DNA of 46,251 nucleotides, taken from NCBI GenBank assembly GCA_003553185.1, contig PUPC01000072.1:1-46251 (forward strand), given 5' to 3'. The position numbers and the translations under genes were made by a program. Numbering within the stretch: the stretch's first letter is position 1; every line of letters begins with the position of its first letter. The notes under the pieces were generated by a model, which had not been told where the DNA came from, searched no databases, and saw only the letters and a program-made list of their open reading frames with translations. Positions 8,381 to 20,825 of this stretch are shown in pieces. This DNA is from Planctomycetota bacterium (GTDB lineage: Bacteria > Planctomycetota > PUPC01).

Positions 8381-9499
8381 TTGCACGATTCAACTGAATC
8401 GGCACAGCCGCAAACCAACGCCCATGCCGACCTGCCCGAAACAGGGTCGGAGCACGGTGCGCAGCAGATGACCGGCGGGCGATACCGGGTGACCCTCGAT
8501 TCGTACAGCGGCCCGCTCGACCTGCTCCTGTACCTGATTCGCAAGCACGAAGTCGACATCGAGAACATCCCCATCGCGATCATCGCCGAGCAATACCAGC
8601 GTTACCTCGACCTGATGGCCCAGATCAACGTGAACGTGGCCGGTGAATTCCTGGTGATGGCATCGACCCTGATGGAGATCAAATCCCGGATGCTCCTGCC
8701 GCGCGAGGAGGACCTGGACGAGGACGAGGGCGACCCGCGCGACGAGCTGGTCCAGCAGTTGCTCGAGTATCGCAAGTACAAGGATGCCGGGCGGGAACTC
8801 GGTGCCCGCGCCCGGCAGGCGGCCCTTCGATATCCAAGGCCCGGCCCCGAGGCGCTGCCCGACGACTTCCTGGAGGACGATGCCGCAGAAGACGAGCCGG
8901 CGGCCCTGGAGGGCATTGGGCTGTGGGAGCTGATCGACGCATTCGCACGGGTCGTGAGCCAGACGGAGCTGATGCCCGAGACACGGGTGCTCGAGCGGGA
9001 GCGGACGATCCACGAGTATCGGCGCGACCTGCTGGACCTGGTCGAAACGGAGGGCACGGTCCGGTTCTCCGAGTTGTTTCGCCGATGTCGGACCCGCGAG
9101 GACCTGATCGGCTCGTTCATCGCACTGCTCGAGCTGGTCCGGCTTCGGCGGCTGCAGCTCCAGCAGGCGGCACAGTTCAGCGAAATCTATGTCTGCCTCG
9201 CTGACGACACCGAAGCGGCCCGCGAACACGAGCGGATCGTCGAGGACGAGGCGGCCCTGGCACCTGTGCACCGTACACCGGAGCCGGACGGGCCGGTGAT
9301 GGTCCCCGAGCCGAATGTCCTGGAGGAGATCGAGGAAGAAGACGCGGCTCTGGGCGGGGCTCGTAAGAGGATCGACGCGGCCATCGAACAGGTAGAATGG
9401 TTCCTCCAGGAGCATCACCGCCAGGTGCAGGAGCAGGCGGAACAGGAGGAGGGCGATGAGGACGAGTCAGCGGACGGCGATACGGATGAAAATAACTGA
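8381..9499 (+). CDS. scpA: segregation and condensation protein A (kleisin) with a long acidic C-terminal tail
   Basis: ScpA signature YRVTLDSYSGPLDLLLYLIRKHEVDIENIPIAIIAEQY, with a winged-helix end FIALLELVRLRRL. I chose TTG 8381 because GGAG lies 6 nt upstream. ATG 8468 is an alternative start. Confidence 0.8.
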   Translation: MHDSTESAQPQTNAHADLPETGSEHGAQQMTGGRYRVTLDSYSGPLDLLLYLIRKHEVDIENIPIAIIAEQYQRYLDLMAQINVNVAGEFLVMASTLMEIKSRMLLPREEDLDEDEGDPRDELVQQLLEYRKYKDAGRELGARARQAALRYPRPGPEALPDDFLEDDAAEDEPAALEGIGLWELIDAFARVVSQTELMPETRVLERERTIHEYRRDLLDLVETEGTVRFSELFRRCRTREDLIGSFIALLELVRLRRLQLQQAAQFSEIYVCLADDTEAAREHERIVEDEAALAPVHRTPEPDGPVMVPEPNVLEEIEEEDAALGGARKRIDAAIEQVEWFLQEHHRQVQEQAEQEEGDEDESADGDTDENN

Positions 9500-9685
9500 T
9501 TGTAACTTAGAGGCGGGCTTGCGAACCGCCGATTATCCCGGTCCGAGGCGTCCGCCCGGCCGGGCAGCGAATGTATTCGCAGCGGCGGGTCCGAATCGTT
9601 CGGAGCGTCTGGGCATTGGCCCTCGTCGTAAAACCGATTTTTGCGTTATAAGCGGGGAAAGGGCAAAAAGATGCTGTTCTCTGCT

Positions 9686-9714
9686 TTGATTTATTCGTCC
9701 CCGTCTGGTATAAT
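9686..9714 (+). promoter_or_regulatory. sigma70-type promoter candidate TTGATT-N17-TATAAT upstream of dnaN
   Basis: The sequence reads ttgatt tattcgtccccgtctgg tataat. It lies about 105 nt upstream of ATG 9819. Confidence 0.5.
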
Positions 9715-9818
9715 GAATGCCATGCTAGAGGCCATCCAGCGGGGGTTTGGAACGTATGGGGCAGGTACGGACTGTCCGGGCCTTTCCCCGCCCGAATTTG
9801 ATTCCGGGAGGTTGTGAA

Positions 9819-10924
9819 ATGAAACTGACGTGTGAGACAAAAGCGCTGGCTGACAGTCTGTCCCTGGTCGCATCTGTGGTGCCTACCCGCAGCCCCAGGC
9901 CGATCCTGTCAAACCTCAAGCTGGTGGCGAGCGACGGGACGCTCGAGATTCTGGCGACGGACCTCGAGGTGGCCATCCGCCGGGTCCTGCCCGACGTCAC
10001 CGTCGAGGAACCGGGCGAGGTCCTGCTTCCCGCGGCGCAGGCCAGCAACATCACCCGAGAGGCGCCCGCCCAGTCGATCTCGCTGAGCACCGAGGACCAG
10101 ACGTGCACCATCGCCTATACCGGGGCGACGTATGACCTGCCCTGCGACAATCCGGAGGACTTCCCCGACATCCCCACGTTCAACGAGAAGAACGCGGTCG
10201 AGGTCGAGGCGGCCGAGCTGAAGAAGATGATCGGCCGGACGAAATTCGCCGCCGCCAGCGAGCAGGCGCGGTTCGCCCTGAACGGGATTCTCTTCGCCCT
10301 GGACGGCGATTCGCTCCGGCTGGTGGCCACCGACGGACGTCGGCTCGCGCTGGCCGAGGGCAAGGCCACGAACAAGGCCAACATCTCGGCGGACCCGATT
10401 ATGCCGACCAAGGCGATGGACCTTCTCGACCGGCTGATGGAAGACCCCGAAGAGCAGGTCCAGGTCGAGCTGGCCGAGAACCAGGTCCTGGCACAGAGCC
10501 GGGCGGGCACCGTTTGCACTCGCCTGGTCGAGGGCCACTTCCCCAACTACGAGGAAGTGATCCCCAAGGACAGCGACAAGACCTTGAAGATAGCGGGTAC
10601 CAAACTGCTGTCGGCGATCCGCCGGGCCGCCCTGATTACCACCGACGAGTCCCGGTCCATCCGCTTCGCCCTCCAGAAGGACGCCCTGACGGTGAACACC
10701 CAAACCCTCGAGGGCAGGCGGGCGTCGGTCGAGGCCGACTCGGTGAGCTACGAGGGCGAGCCGCTCAAAATCGCCTTCAACCCGGACTTCTTCTCCGAGA
10801 TGCTCCGCGTGATCGGCGACGAGGAAGTCGAGGTCCGCTTCCTGGACAGCACCAGCGCCGCCCTCGCCAGGGTAGGATCGGATTACCAGTACGTGGTGAT
10901 GCCGGTCCAACTCCAGGAGAGTTG

Positions 10925-10925
<1 letters not shown>
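9819..10925 (+). CDS. dnaN: DNA polymerase III beta sliding clamp
   Basis: The N-terminus MKLTCETKALADSLSLVASVVPTRSPRPILSNLKL is typical of DnaN, and the length is 368 aa. GGGAGG lies 8 nt upstream of ATG 9819. The ORF track starts at 9747. Confidence 0.9.
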
Positions 10926-13692
<2,767 letters not shown>

Positions 13693-13700
13693 TGGGCCGG

Positions 13701-13722
13701 CCGGGTTCACCGCCCAACCCGG
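13701..13722 (+). terminator. GC-rich hairpin after gyrB (possible terminator, no U-tract)
   Basis: ccgggtt-caccgccc-aacccgg forms a 7-bp stem with an 8-nt loop, 9 nt after the gyrB stop. Confidence 0.3.
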
Positions 13723-13768
13723 GGCGAAACAAGCAAGCCGCGACTTCCGTCTGTAATGCCCCGGCCGG

Positions 13769-13797
13769 TTGTCGCCCTTTCTCCGCCCGGCTATAAT
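13769..13797 (+). promoter_or_regulatory. sigma70-type promoter candidate TTGTCG-N17-TATAAT
   Basis: The sequence reads ttgtcg ccctttctccgcccggc tataat. It lies about 47 nt upstream of GTG 13844. Confidence 0.45.
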
Positions 13798-13843
13798 CGC
13801 CGCCGTCCTACAAAGCCCCTGCACAGGAAAGGACCGTTCATAG

Positions 13844-14896
13844 GTGAGATCGACACTCGAGAGATGCCTTGCAGACCTGGAGGCCCGGCTGGACGACGAG
13901 GTCGAGTCGCAACTCCACCGGGAATGGACGGCGTTCACCGACGGCGAGTTCGAGGGCGACATCTTCAGCCCGCGTCGAGCCCGCCCCATACCGCCGGGCG
14001 TCGAATGGCCCGCCGTCCGGATTAACCAGGCACTCGACGACTTCGACATGATGGCCCTGCAGCAGTTCGGAGCCTGCTCGCAGAAGCTGGCCGACGGGAC
14101 CGGCGAGCTGCTCGGTGTGCGCAGCAACTACGGGACCAGCATCATCCCTTCCCTGTTCGGCGTCGAGCTGTTCATCATGGACGATGAGGCCAACACCCTG
14201 CCCACCTCGCGGCCCATCGCCGACACCGGGCGAATCGAGGAGTTGACCGAGGCCGGCGCCCCCTGCCTGCACCGGTCACTCGGTGCGAAGACGCTGGAGA
14301 TGGCCGAGCGGTTCGAGGCCATCCGCCGGGCTTATCCAGAGATCGGCCGCTATGTCCACCACTATCATCCCGACCTGCAGGGGCCGATGGACATCGTCGA
14401 GGTGCTCTGGGGCAGCGAACTGTTCCCCGACCTGTACGACCGGCCCGAGCTGGTCAAGGCACTGCTCGAACTTGTCACCGAGACCTACGAGCGGTTCCTC
14501 CGCGCCTGGGTCGACATCGTACCCTGGGAGGAAGGCCACCAGGTCCACTGGCGGATGATGCATGCCGGTCGGATCATGCTGCGCGACGACTCGGCGATGA
14601 ACCTGTCGCCCGAAATGTTCGACGAGTTCATCGCCCCTTACGATCAACGGCTGCTGGATGCGTTCGGCGGCGGAGCCATCCATTTCTGCGGGCGCGGCGA
14701 CCATTACATCGAGTCGGTGAGCGAGATGGACGGGCTGCATGCCGTCGCCATGTCACAGCCCGAGTACAACGATATGGAAGTCATCTATCGGCATACCGTT
14801 GACCTGGGAATCAAACTGATCGGCCTGGACCGAAGGACCGCAGAGGCGGCGCTCGAGCAAGGGCGCGACCTCCACGGCTGTGTGCATTGCCGGTGA
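13844..14896 (+). CDS. uroporphyrinogen-decarboxylase (URO-D)-like TIM-barrel family protein, function unknown
   Basis: 350 aa with a GTG start. The C-terminal half (DDSAMNLSPEMFDEFIAPYDQRLLDAFGGGAIHFCGRGDHYIESVSEMDGLHAV) resembles the URO-D/MtaA-type family. Confidence 0.5.
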   Translation: MRSTLERCLADLEARLDDEVESQLHREWTAFTDGEFEGDIFSPRRARPIPPGVEWPAVRINQALDDFDMMALQQFGACSQKLADGTGELLGVRSNYGTSIIPSLFGVELFIMDDEANTLPTSRPIADTGRIEELTEAGAPCLHRSLGAKTLEMAERFEAIRRAYPEIGRYVHHYHPDLQGPMDIVEVLWGSELFPDLYDRPELVKALLELVTETYERFLRAWVDIVPWEEGHQVHWRMMHAGRIMLRDDSAMNLSPEMFDEFIAPYDQRLLDAFGGGAIHFCGRGDHYIESVSEMDGLHAVAMSQPEYNDMEVIYRHTVDLGIKLIGLDRRTAEAALEQGRDLHGCVHCR

Positions 14897-14969
14897 GCGC
14901 CGCAACCGGCTGTTGTGTTAGACGTTATTCGCAAGTGCCCATATTCTGTTCGAAAGGCAGAGGTTGACT

Positions 14970-16238
14970 ATGAAAGAGAAACTGGCGATCAACGGGGGAC
15001 CGATGGCGGTCCCCGAGGGGACGATCAAGCCCTGGCCGCCCATCGACGAGTCCGACCGCCGAATGGTACTCGACTCCATCGACGGCGGCAGCCACGCCTT
15101 CGGCCCCAATTGCAAGGCGTTCCAGGAAGAGTTCGCGGCCTGGAACGGGAACCGGTTCGCGATCACTACCAACTCCGGCACCGCCGCCCTGCACATGGCG
15201 GTCGCCGCCTGCGGCTGCGGCGTGGGCGACGAAGTTATCGTGCCCGCCTACTCCTGGTCGTCGTCGGCCACCTGCGTCCTCCACCACAACGTCGTCCCGG
15301 TCTTCGTGGACATCGACTGGGATACGATGAACATCGACGTGACAAAGATCGAGGCGGCGGTCACCGAACGGACGAAGGCGATCATCGTCGTCCACCTGCA
15401 CGGGCTGGCGGTAGATATGGATGCGGTCAACGCCATCGCAACCAAACACGGCCTGAAGGTCATCGAGGACGCCTGCCAGGCCCACGGCGCCACCTTCCGC
15501 GGCAAGAAGACCGGGACGCTCGGCGACTGCGCCGCGTTCAGCTTCAACCAGAATAAATGCCTGTGCGCGGGCGAGGGCGGGATGTTCGTGACCGACGACG
15601 AAGCCCTGTTCGAGAACGCCAAACAGCTCTGGTCGTTCGGCGAGACACGGACGCCGCTCGAAGACCGGGACTACCACGCATACGCCCTCGGCTGGATGTA
15701 TCGCAACAGCGACCTGCCCGCGGCCTTCGGCCGGGCGCAACTGCGGAAACTGGACGGTTACGTCGCCCGGCAGCGCGAGAACGCCGAGCGGCTGACCGAA
15801 CGCCTGGCCGACGTGCCACACCTCATCCTGCCCACGGAGCCGGAAGGCCACGGGCACAACTGGTACAACTACACTGTGCGGTTCGACATGAAGGCACTCG
15901 GCCACGCCGATGATGACGCCGGCTTCCGCGACCGGATCGTCGCGGCGTTGAAGGCGGAAGGCATACCGACGGCACTGTGGCAGAAGTATCCGCTCCCCGC
16001 GATGACCGTGTTCCAGGCGAAGAACGGGTACGGGCACGGCTGCCCCTGGGATTGCCCGCACTCGGGGCCGGTGGACTACTCGCCCGAACAGTTCGCCACC
16101 GCCCGAAAACACGCCGACCGGCACGCCTGCCTGGTCGTACCGCTTCGGGCACCGAACGGCCCGGAGGTCGCCGAACTCGTCGCCGATGGGTTCGACAAGG
16201 TGATGGCCAACGTCGAAGCTCTCAACCCGGACGAATAG
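14970..16238 (+). CDS. DegT/DnrJ/EryC1/StrS-family PLP-dependent sugar aminotransferase/dehydratase
   Basis: Motifs: NSGTAALHMA, DEVIVPAYSW, EDACQAHGA, and SFNQNK (PLP lysine). ATG 14970 is preferred over TTG 14964. Confidence 0.85.
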   Translation: MKEKLAINGGPMAVPEGTIKPWPPIDESDRRMVLDSIDGGSHAFGPNCKAFQEEFAAWNGNRFAITTNSGTAALHMAVAACGCGVGDEVIVPAYSWSSSATCVLHHNVVPVFVDIDWDTMNIDVTKIEAAVTERTKAIIVVHLHGLAVDMDAVNAIATKHGLKVIEDACQAHGATFRGKKTGTLGDCAAFSFNQNKCLCAGEGGMFVTDDEALFENAKQLWSFGETRTPLEDRDYHAYALGWMYRNSDLPAAFGRAQLRKLDGYVARQRENAERLTERLADVPHLILPTEPEGHGHNWYNYTVRFDMKALGHADDDAGFRDRIVAALKAEGIPTALWQKYPLPAMTVFQAKNGYGHGCPWDCPHSGPVDYSPEQFATARKHADRHACLVVPLRAPNGPEVAELVADGFDKVMANVEALNPDE

Positions 16239-16282
16239 GTTTTATCAGACCGATAGGACTTATTGTTCTCGTCCGGGCAGGG

Positions 16283-17644
16283 TTACTTTCCGCTTCCGAC
16301 GACCGCCCGATGCAGCCGGAACGTCTCGGCGGCCAGATCGGAGATTCGTACGCGGTGGTATCCGGCGACGCCGGTCTCCAGCGTGTCGTTCAGCGGTCCG
16401 GTCCACTCGCTCGGCAGGTTCGCGGCCCCGAGCATCATCCCAGCGATCGAGCCGACGGTCGCCCCGTTGCAGTCGGTGTCGAAGCAGGCCTGCACGGCGG
16501 TGCCGACCGCCTCGCCGAAGTCGTTCTCGCCCCATAGCAGCCCCATCGCGACGATCTCGGCGTTGCTGATGGTGTGGACCCAGTGGTGGCGGTTCGCCTC
16601 GTCCCAGCGGAGGTGAATGTCCGCCTCCATCTCCTCGGCGGGCAGGCCCTCCCGGTAGGCGTCCATCACTCCGCGTACCGCCTCGGTCAGGCGGCAGTTT
16701 TCGGGTATCTGGGCCAGTCCGACTTCGATCCCCTCGGCCGGGTCGTCGAGAGCTGGTGCCGCGGCCAGCATCGCGGCCACCCACATCTCGCCATAGATCC
16801 CGTTCTTCACGTGGCTGATCGACGCATCGCGCCAGGCGAGTTCGGCCGCCAGAGCCGGGCGACCGGCGGCGACGTACCCGAAGAAGTCGGCCCGAATCTG
16901 GGCCCCGATCCACTCGCGGCACGGGTTCATGTGCGTCGCCGAGCGCGGCGGCTTGATCGCGTTCACCATGTTCCGATAGGCGATGTTCTCCGCCGTGCAT
17001 ACATGGTTGTAGGGGATGTTGTTCAGCCAGAAATCGCCGACATCCTCGGGGGAGAAGTCGCGCCCGTGCTGCTTGATGAGCGCCAGCCCGGTCACCGTGT
17101 AGTTGGTGTCGTCGTCCTCCGGCATGCACCCGGCGTCGAAGGGAATCCTCAGGCGTTTCCGGCGGCGAGCGCCGATCCCGCAATGGCGGAAGGTCGAGTC
17201 GGGGGCATCGGGCGAGATATAGGCGCGAAGCGGAGACTGGTGGGTCGCCTCGAGGTAGGGCCAGAGCTGATCGCTGCGGATGCCCTCGACCGGCTTACCC
17301 AGCAGGCAGCCGGCGCATCGGCCCAGCCAGGCCCCGTACAGCCGGTCGGTCAACTCCTCGTCGCTCAGCCCCAACTGGAAGCGCCGCCGTCCCCTGGGCC
17401 GTTCGCGTATAATATCCTGCAACTCCGACGGCTCGTCATACGGGTAATCATCGACGATCGGAAGCTGTTGGGCCCGAAGGAGGAAATCGCCGGCCTCGGC
17501 CTGGACGCCCGGGTCCGTCATGTCGGCGTCCTTGAGCCGTTCAAACTCGGCTCGGACCGACGCGGTATCGCGCCCCTCGTCGTCGAGCTGTTCCAGCTCG
17601 CAGGCGAAGTTCTGTTTTTCGAAGGGGATCGGGACGTTGCGCAT
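16283..17644 (-). CDS. ADP-ribosylglycohydrolase-family protein with a roughly 100-aa N-terminal extension
   Basis: 453 aa. Family motifs: GAWLGRCAGCLLGKPVEG, EDDDTNYTV, and C-terminal FDTDCNGATVGSIAGMMLGA. Confidence 0.8.
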   Translation of the reverse strand: MRNVPIPFEKQNFACELEQLDDEGRDTASVRAEFERLKDADMTDPGVQAEAGDFLLRAQQLPIVDDYPYDEPSELQDIIRERPRGRRRFQLGLSDEELTDRLYGAWLGRCAGCLLGKPVEGIRSDQLWPYLEATHQSPLRAYISPDAPDSTFRHCGIGARRRKRLRIPFDAGCMPEDDDTNYTVTGLALIKQHGRDFSPEDVGDFWLNNIPYNHVCTAENIAYRNMVNAIKPPRSATHMNPCREWIGAQIRADFFGYVAAGRPALAAELAWRDASISHVKNGIYGEMWVAAMLAAAPALDDPAEGIEVGLAQIPENCRLTEAVRGVMDAYREGLPAEEMEADIHLRWDEANRHHWVHTISNAEIVAMGLLWGENDFGEAVGTAVQACFDTDCNGATVGSIAGMMLGAANLPSEWTGPLNDTLETGVAGYHRVRISDLAAETFRLHRAVVGSGK

Positions 17645-17679
17645 GGCGTTCTCCAGGCAGAGCGATTGTCAATGTCCGG

Positions 17680-17707
17680 ATTATAGATGCCGGCAGGGGC
17701 GGATCAA
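17680..17707 (-). promoter_or_regulatory. sigma70-type promoter candidate TTGATC-N16-TATAAT upstream of the ADP-ribosylglycohydrolase gene
   Basis: The reverse complement reads ttgatc cgcccctgccggcatc tataat. It lies between the response-regulator stop and ATG 17644. Confidence 0.45.
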
Positions 17708-17718
17708 CAGCCGCCGGC

Positions 17719-19083
17719 TCACAGCCGATGGGTCTTGAGCTTGCGGTAGAGCGTGGCGCGGTCGATCTCGAGCATGCCGGCCGCCTGCTCTTTATTCCCG
17801 TTCGAGGCGTCGAGCGCTTTTTGCAGCATCTGGCGTTCCAGGTATCGGATGGCCGTGCCCAGCGGGGTGATCTCGGACGGTCGGGTGTCCTCGGCGGCAT
17901 GCATCGCCTCGTCGGCCGCGTTGGCCAGGTCAACGCTGTTGACGAACTCGGCCGCCAGGTGCTCGGGTCCGATCTCCGGCCCGTCGGCGAACGTGACGGC
18001 GCACTCGATGGCGTTCTCGAGTTGGCGGATATTCCCCGGCCAGTCGGCATTGGCGAGCAGGGTCGCGGCGGTCTCGCTTATGGCCGGGGGTCGCCGCCGG
18101 AACCGCCGGGCGTGTTTGCGGGCGAAATGCTCGGCAAGCAGCGGGATGTCCTCCCGCCGTTCGCTCAGCGGGGGGATGTGCAGCGGGACCACGTTCAGTC
18201 GATAGTAAAGGTCCTCGCGGAACTGGCCCTCGCCGACCAGTTCGTCCAGCCGGTGGTTGGTCGCCGAGATAACGCGGACATCGACCCGGCGCACCTCGGT
18301 GCTGCCCACCGGTCGCACGGTGCGTTCCTGCAGGCATCGGAGGAGCTTCTGCTGGGTGGCCAGGGTCATCTGTGCCACCTCGTCGAGGAAGAGCGTCCCC
18401 CCGTCCGCCGCCTCGATCAGTCCGAGCTTGCCGGCGTCGGCACCGGTGAACGCCCCCTTAAGGTGCCCGAACAGCTCGCTCTGCAAGAGCGTTTCGGTCA
18501 GGGCGCCACAATCGACCGGCACGAACGGCCCGTCCCGGCGCCCGCTGGTCTGGTGGATGGCGCGGGCGGCGAGTTCCTTGCCTGTGCCGCTCTCGCCGTA
18601 GACCATCACCGTCGAATCGGTCGGCCCGATCTGCTCGATCAGTTGGTAGAGCCGGCACATGGCAGGGCTCCGGCCAATCATCCCCCCGAAATCGCCGCCC
18701 TGTTCCTGCACGTGGTTCTGGTCGTGCGATTGCACGATCTGGGAGACGCGCTCGATCAGGCCGGGCACGTCCAGCGGTTTGGGGATGTAGTCGGTGGCCC
18801 CCTGCTTGATCGCATCGACCGCCGAGTCAATCGTGCCGAACCCGGTGATAATGATGACGTCCGGAGAGCCGGCCGTCGACCGGGCCGCTTCGAGCACGGC
18901 GAACCCGTCCACGTCGTCCATCACCACGTCGGTAATCACCACCGCGTAGTCCCGCTCAGAAAGCATCCGAAGGGCCTCCCGGCCGCCCAGAGCAGTATCG
19001 ACCTCGTGCCCGGCCGAGGCAAGGGCATGGCCGAGCATCTCGGCGATCCGGGGTTCATCATCGACGACAAGAATCCGGCTCAT
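17719..19083 (-). CDS. sigma54-dependent response regulator (NtrC family: REC + AAA+ + Fis-type HTH)
   Basis: The receiver domain begins MSRILVVDDEP. Walker A is GESGTGKE and the sigma54-contact loop is GAFTGA. A C-terminal HTH is present (NKEQAAGMLEIDRATLYRKLK). Confidence 0.9.
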   Translation of the reverse strand: MSRILVVDDEPRIAEMLGHALASAGHEVDTALGGREALRMLSERDYAVVITDVVMDDVDGFAVLEAARSTAGSPDVIIITGFGTIDSAVDAIKQGATDYIPKPLDVPGLIERVSQIVQSHDQNHVQEQGGDFGGMIGRSPAMCRLYQLIEQIGPTDSTVMVYGESGTGKELAARAIHQTSGRRDGPFVPVDCGALTETLLQSELFGHLKGAFTGADAGKLGLIEAADGGTLFLDEVAQMTLATQQKLLRCLQERTVRPVGSTEVRRVDVRVISATNHRLDELVGEGQFREDLYYRLNVVPLHIPPLSERREDIPLLAEHFARKHARRFRRRPPAISETAATLLANADWPGNIRQLENAIECAVTFADGPEIGPEHLAAEFVNSVDLANAADEAMHAAEDTRPSEITPLGTAIRYLERQMLQKALDASNGNKEQAAGMLEIDRATLYRKLKTHRL

Positions 19084-19209
19084 CAGAGTGCGCTCTCCGT
19101 AACAACGTCGCGGCGTTCACGGGTGAACAGTATAACATAGTACCATTCGCTTCGAAAGCGATAATCCGCCCGCGTGCCGGCAGGGTGCGCCGACATCTTT
19201 CCGCCGACG

Positions 19210-19238
19210 TTGACCGGCCCCCGGGGAGGTCATAGAAT
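19210..19238 (+). promoter_or_regulatory. sigma70-type promoter candidate TTGACC-N17-TAGAAT
   Basis: The sequence reads ttgacc ggcccccggggaggtca tagaat. It lies 40 nt upstream of ATG 19278. Confidence 0.45.
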
Positions 19239-19277
19239 ACATCGGTCCTAGAAATATATTATTGTTGGGAGACCGGT

Positions 19278-20546
19278 ATGAAGTTCAATCCGTTATCCGA
19301 GAAAGCCCGGCGTACCGAGCCGCCGCCGATCTCGTGGCTGATGAGTGCCCGGCTCGCCAATCCCGACCTGATCTCGCTGGCTGCCGGCTTCGTCGATCAG
19401 GACTCACTGCCCACCGTGGACGCCTTCGCCCTCTGTCGCACCATACTCGAAGACATTCCCCGCGGGCAAGCCGCCCTCCAGTACGGCACGACGATCGGGC
19501 TGCCCACACTCCGCGAAAGTATCCTCGACCGGCTGACCGGGGAAGCGGGCCTGGCGCCCGACCGACAGGGGCTGACCCCCGGCCACGTGGTCGTGACCAC
19601 CGGTTCCCAGTCGCTCCTCTACCTGGTGACCGGGGTGCTGGTCGACCCGGGCGACGTGGTCATCATCGGCGACCCATCCTACTTCGTCTACATGGGCATC
19701 CTCGCCAGCGTTGGGGCGGACGTCCGGGGCGTACCCGTGGACGAGAACGGGATGCGCATCGACGCGCTCGAAGGCGTGATCGACCAACTGCGCGAGGAAG
19801 GCAAGCTGGACCGGCTGAAGCTCATCTACGTGGTCTCGTATTTCCAGAACCCCAGCGGGCTGAGCTTGTCTCTCGAGCGGCGCCAGGCACTCGTCCGGTT
19901 GGCCCGGGAGGTCCGGGACGAATCGCCGGTGTTCGTGCTGGAGGACGGCGCGTACCGGGAACTGAATTATTCAGGCCCCGCTATATCGCCCATCAAGGCC
20001 TTCGACCGCGACAACGATCTGGTCGCATACGCGGGCACGTTCTGCAAGTCGTTCTCGGCCGGGCTCAAGACCGGATACGGCCTGCTGCCCGACCTGCTGC
20101 TCGAGCCGGTCCTGAACGAGAAGGGCAACCTGGACTTCGGATCGCCCAACTTCAATCAGTGCATCCTCGACGAGGCGATCCGGAGCGGCCTGTACGACCG
20201 CCACGTCGAGAAAGTGCGCCAGAGCTATCAGTCCAAGCTGGGCCTGGCCTGCGACGCGCTCGACGAGCATATGCCCGATGGAGTGCAATGGGTCGAGCCG
20301 CAGGGCGGCCTGTATATCTGGCTGATGCTCCCGCCGGCCGTCAACACCGGAGCAAAGGGGGAACTGTTCAGACGAGCGACCGATCACGGCGTGTTGTACG
20401 TGCCCGGCGAATACTGCTTCTACCCCGAGCCGGACCGCGAAAAACCGAAAAACTGCATTCGGCTGAGCTACGGCAGCGAATCGCCCGACAACGTCCGCGA
20501 GGGCATACGACGGCTGGGACAGGCGATCACCGAAACGCTTTCATAG
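19278..20546 (+). CDS. class I/II PLP-dependent aminotransferase (2-aminoadipate/aromatic aminotransferase-like)
   Basis: 422 aa. Motifs: ISLAAGFVD, SYFQNPSG, and GTFCKSFSAGLKTGY (PLP-lysine region). GGGAG lies 6 nt upstream of the ATG. Confidence 0.8.
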   Translation: MKFNPLSEKARRTEPPPISWLMSARLANPDLISLAAGFVDQDSLPTVDAFALCRTILEDIPRGQAALQYGTTIGLPTLRESILDRLTGEAGLAPDRQGLTPGHVVVTTGSQSLLYLVTGVLVDPGDVVIIGDPSYFVYMGILASVGADVRGVPVDENGMRIDALEGVIDQLREEGKLDRLKLIYVVSYFQNPSGLSLSLERRQALVRLAREVRDESPVFVLEDGAYRELNYSGPAISPIKAFDRDNDLVAYAGTFCKSFSAGLKTGYGLLPDLLLEPVLNEKGNLDFGSPNFNQCILDEAIRSGLYDRHVEKVRQSYQSKLGLACDALDEHMPDGVQWVEPQGGLYIWLMLPPAVNTGAKGELFRRATDHGVLYVPGEYCFYPEPDREKPKNCIRLSYGSESPDNVREGIRRLGQAITETLS

Positions 20547-20816
20547 TGAACGTGCCCGCTCAATCGGCACGATGTATCGCACGAAAAGGCCTTCCAGTTC
20601 AGGCGTCGCATTGACGGCCCTGCCAGTAAATTGAAAGTCGTACGCATTCAGGGTTCGGCGTAACCACGAGAAATGGCGCCAGGTGGCCCGACTGGTCGAC
20701 GACGCCCGGGAGGTCGCAACGCCCGTTATCGCGCAGCGAGGGCGACGTATGATTGAACGTCGTCCCCCATTTCGGCCAGATTATTGTTTGACTGGCCGGG
20801 CAATGGACCGTACACT

Positions 20817-20825
20817 TGTTATAAT
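20817..20825 (+). promoter_or_regulatory. extended -10 promoter candidate TGTTATAAT
   Basis: The motif tgttataat lies 30 nt upstream of ATG 20855. I found no good -35 hexamer at 16-18 nt spacing. Confidence 0.35.

Noticed and set aside
9500-9818. Possible oriC in the spacer upstream of dnaN
   Set aside because: There is only one DnaA-box-like string (TTATCCC at 9533-9539). There is no cluster of TTATCCACA-like boxes, no obvious AT-rich unwinding element, and dnaA is not adjacent. A genome-wide GC-skew analysis is needed before calling an origin.
10514-10924. N-terminal part of the 248-aa ORF ending as the DUF721 gene
   Set aside because: It overlaps dnaN out of frame. The DUF721-like sequence begins at ATG 10925, which overlaps the dnaN stop.
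16260-17686. ORFs 16260..17183 (-) and 16574..17686 (+) overlapping the ADP-ribosylglycohydrolase gene
   Set aside because: They are alternative or antisense frames of a gene with clear family motifs. Both are Arg/Gly/Pro-rich.
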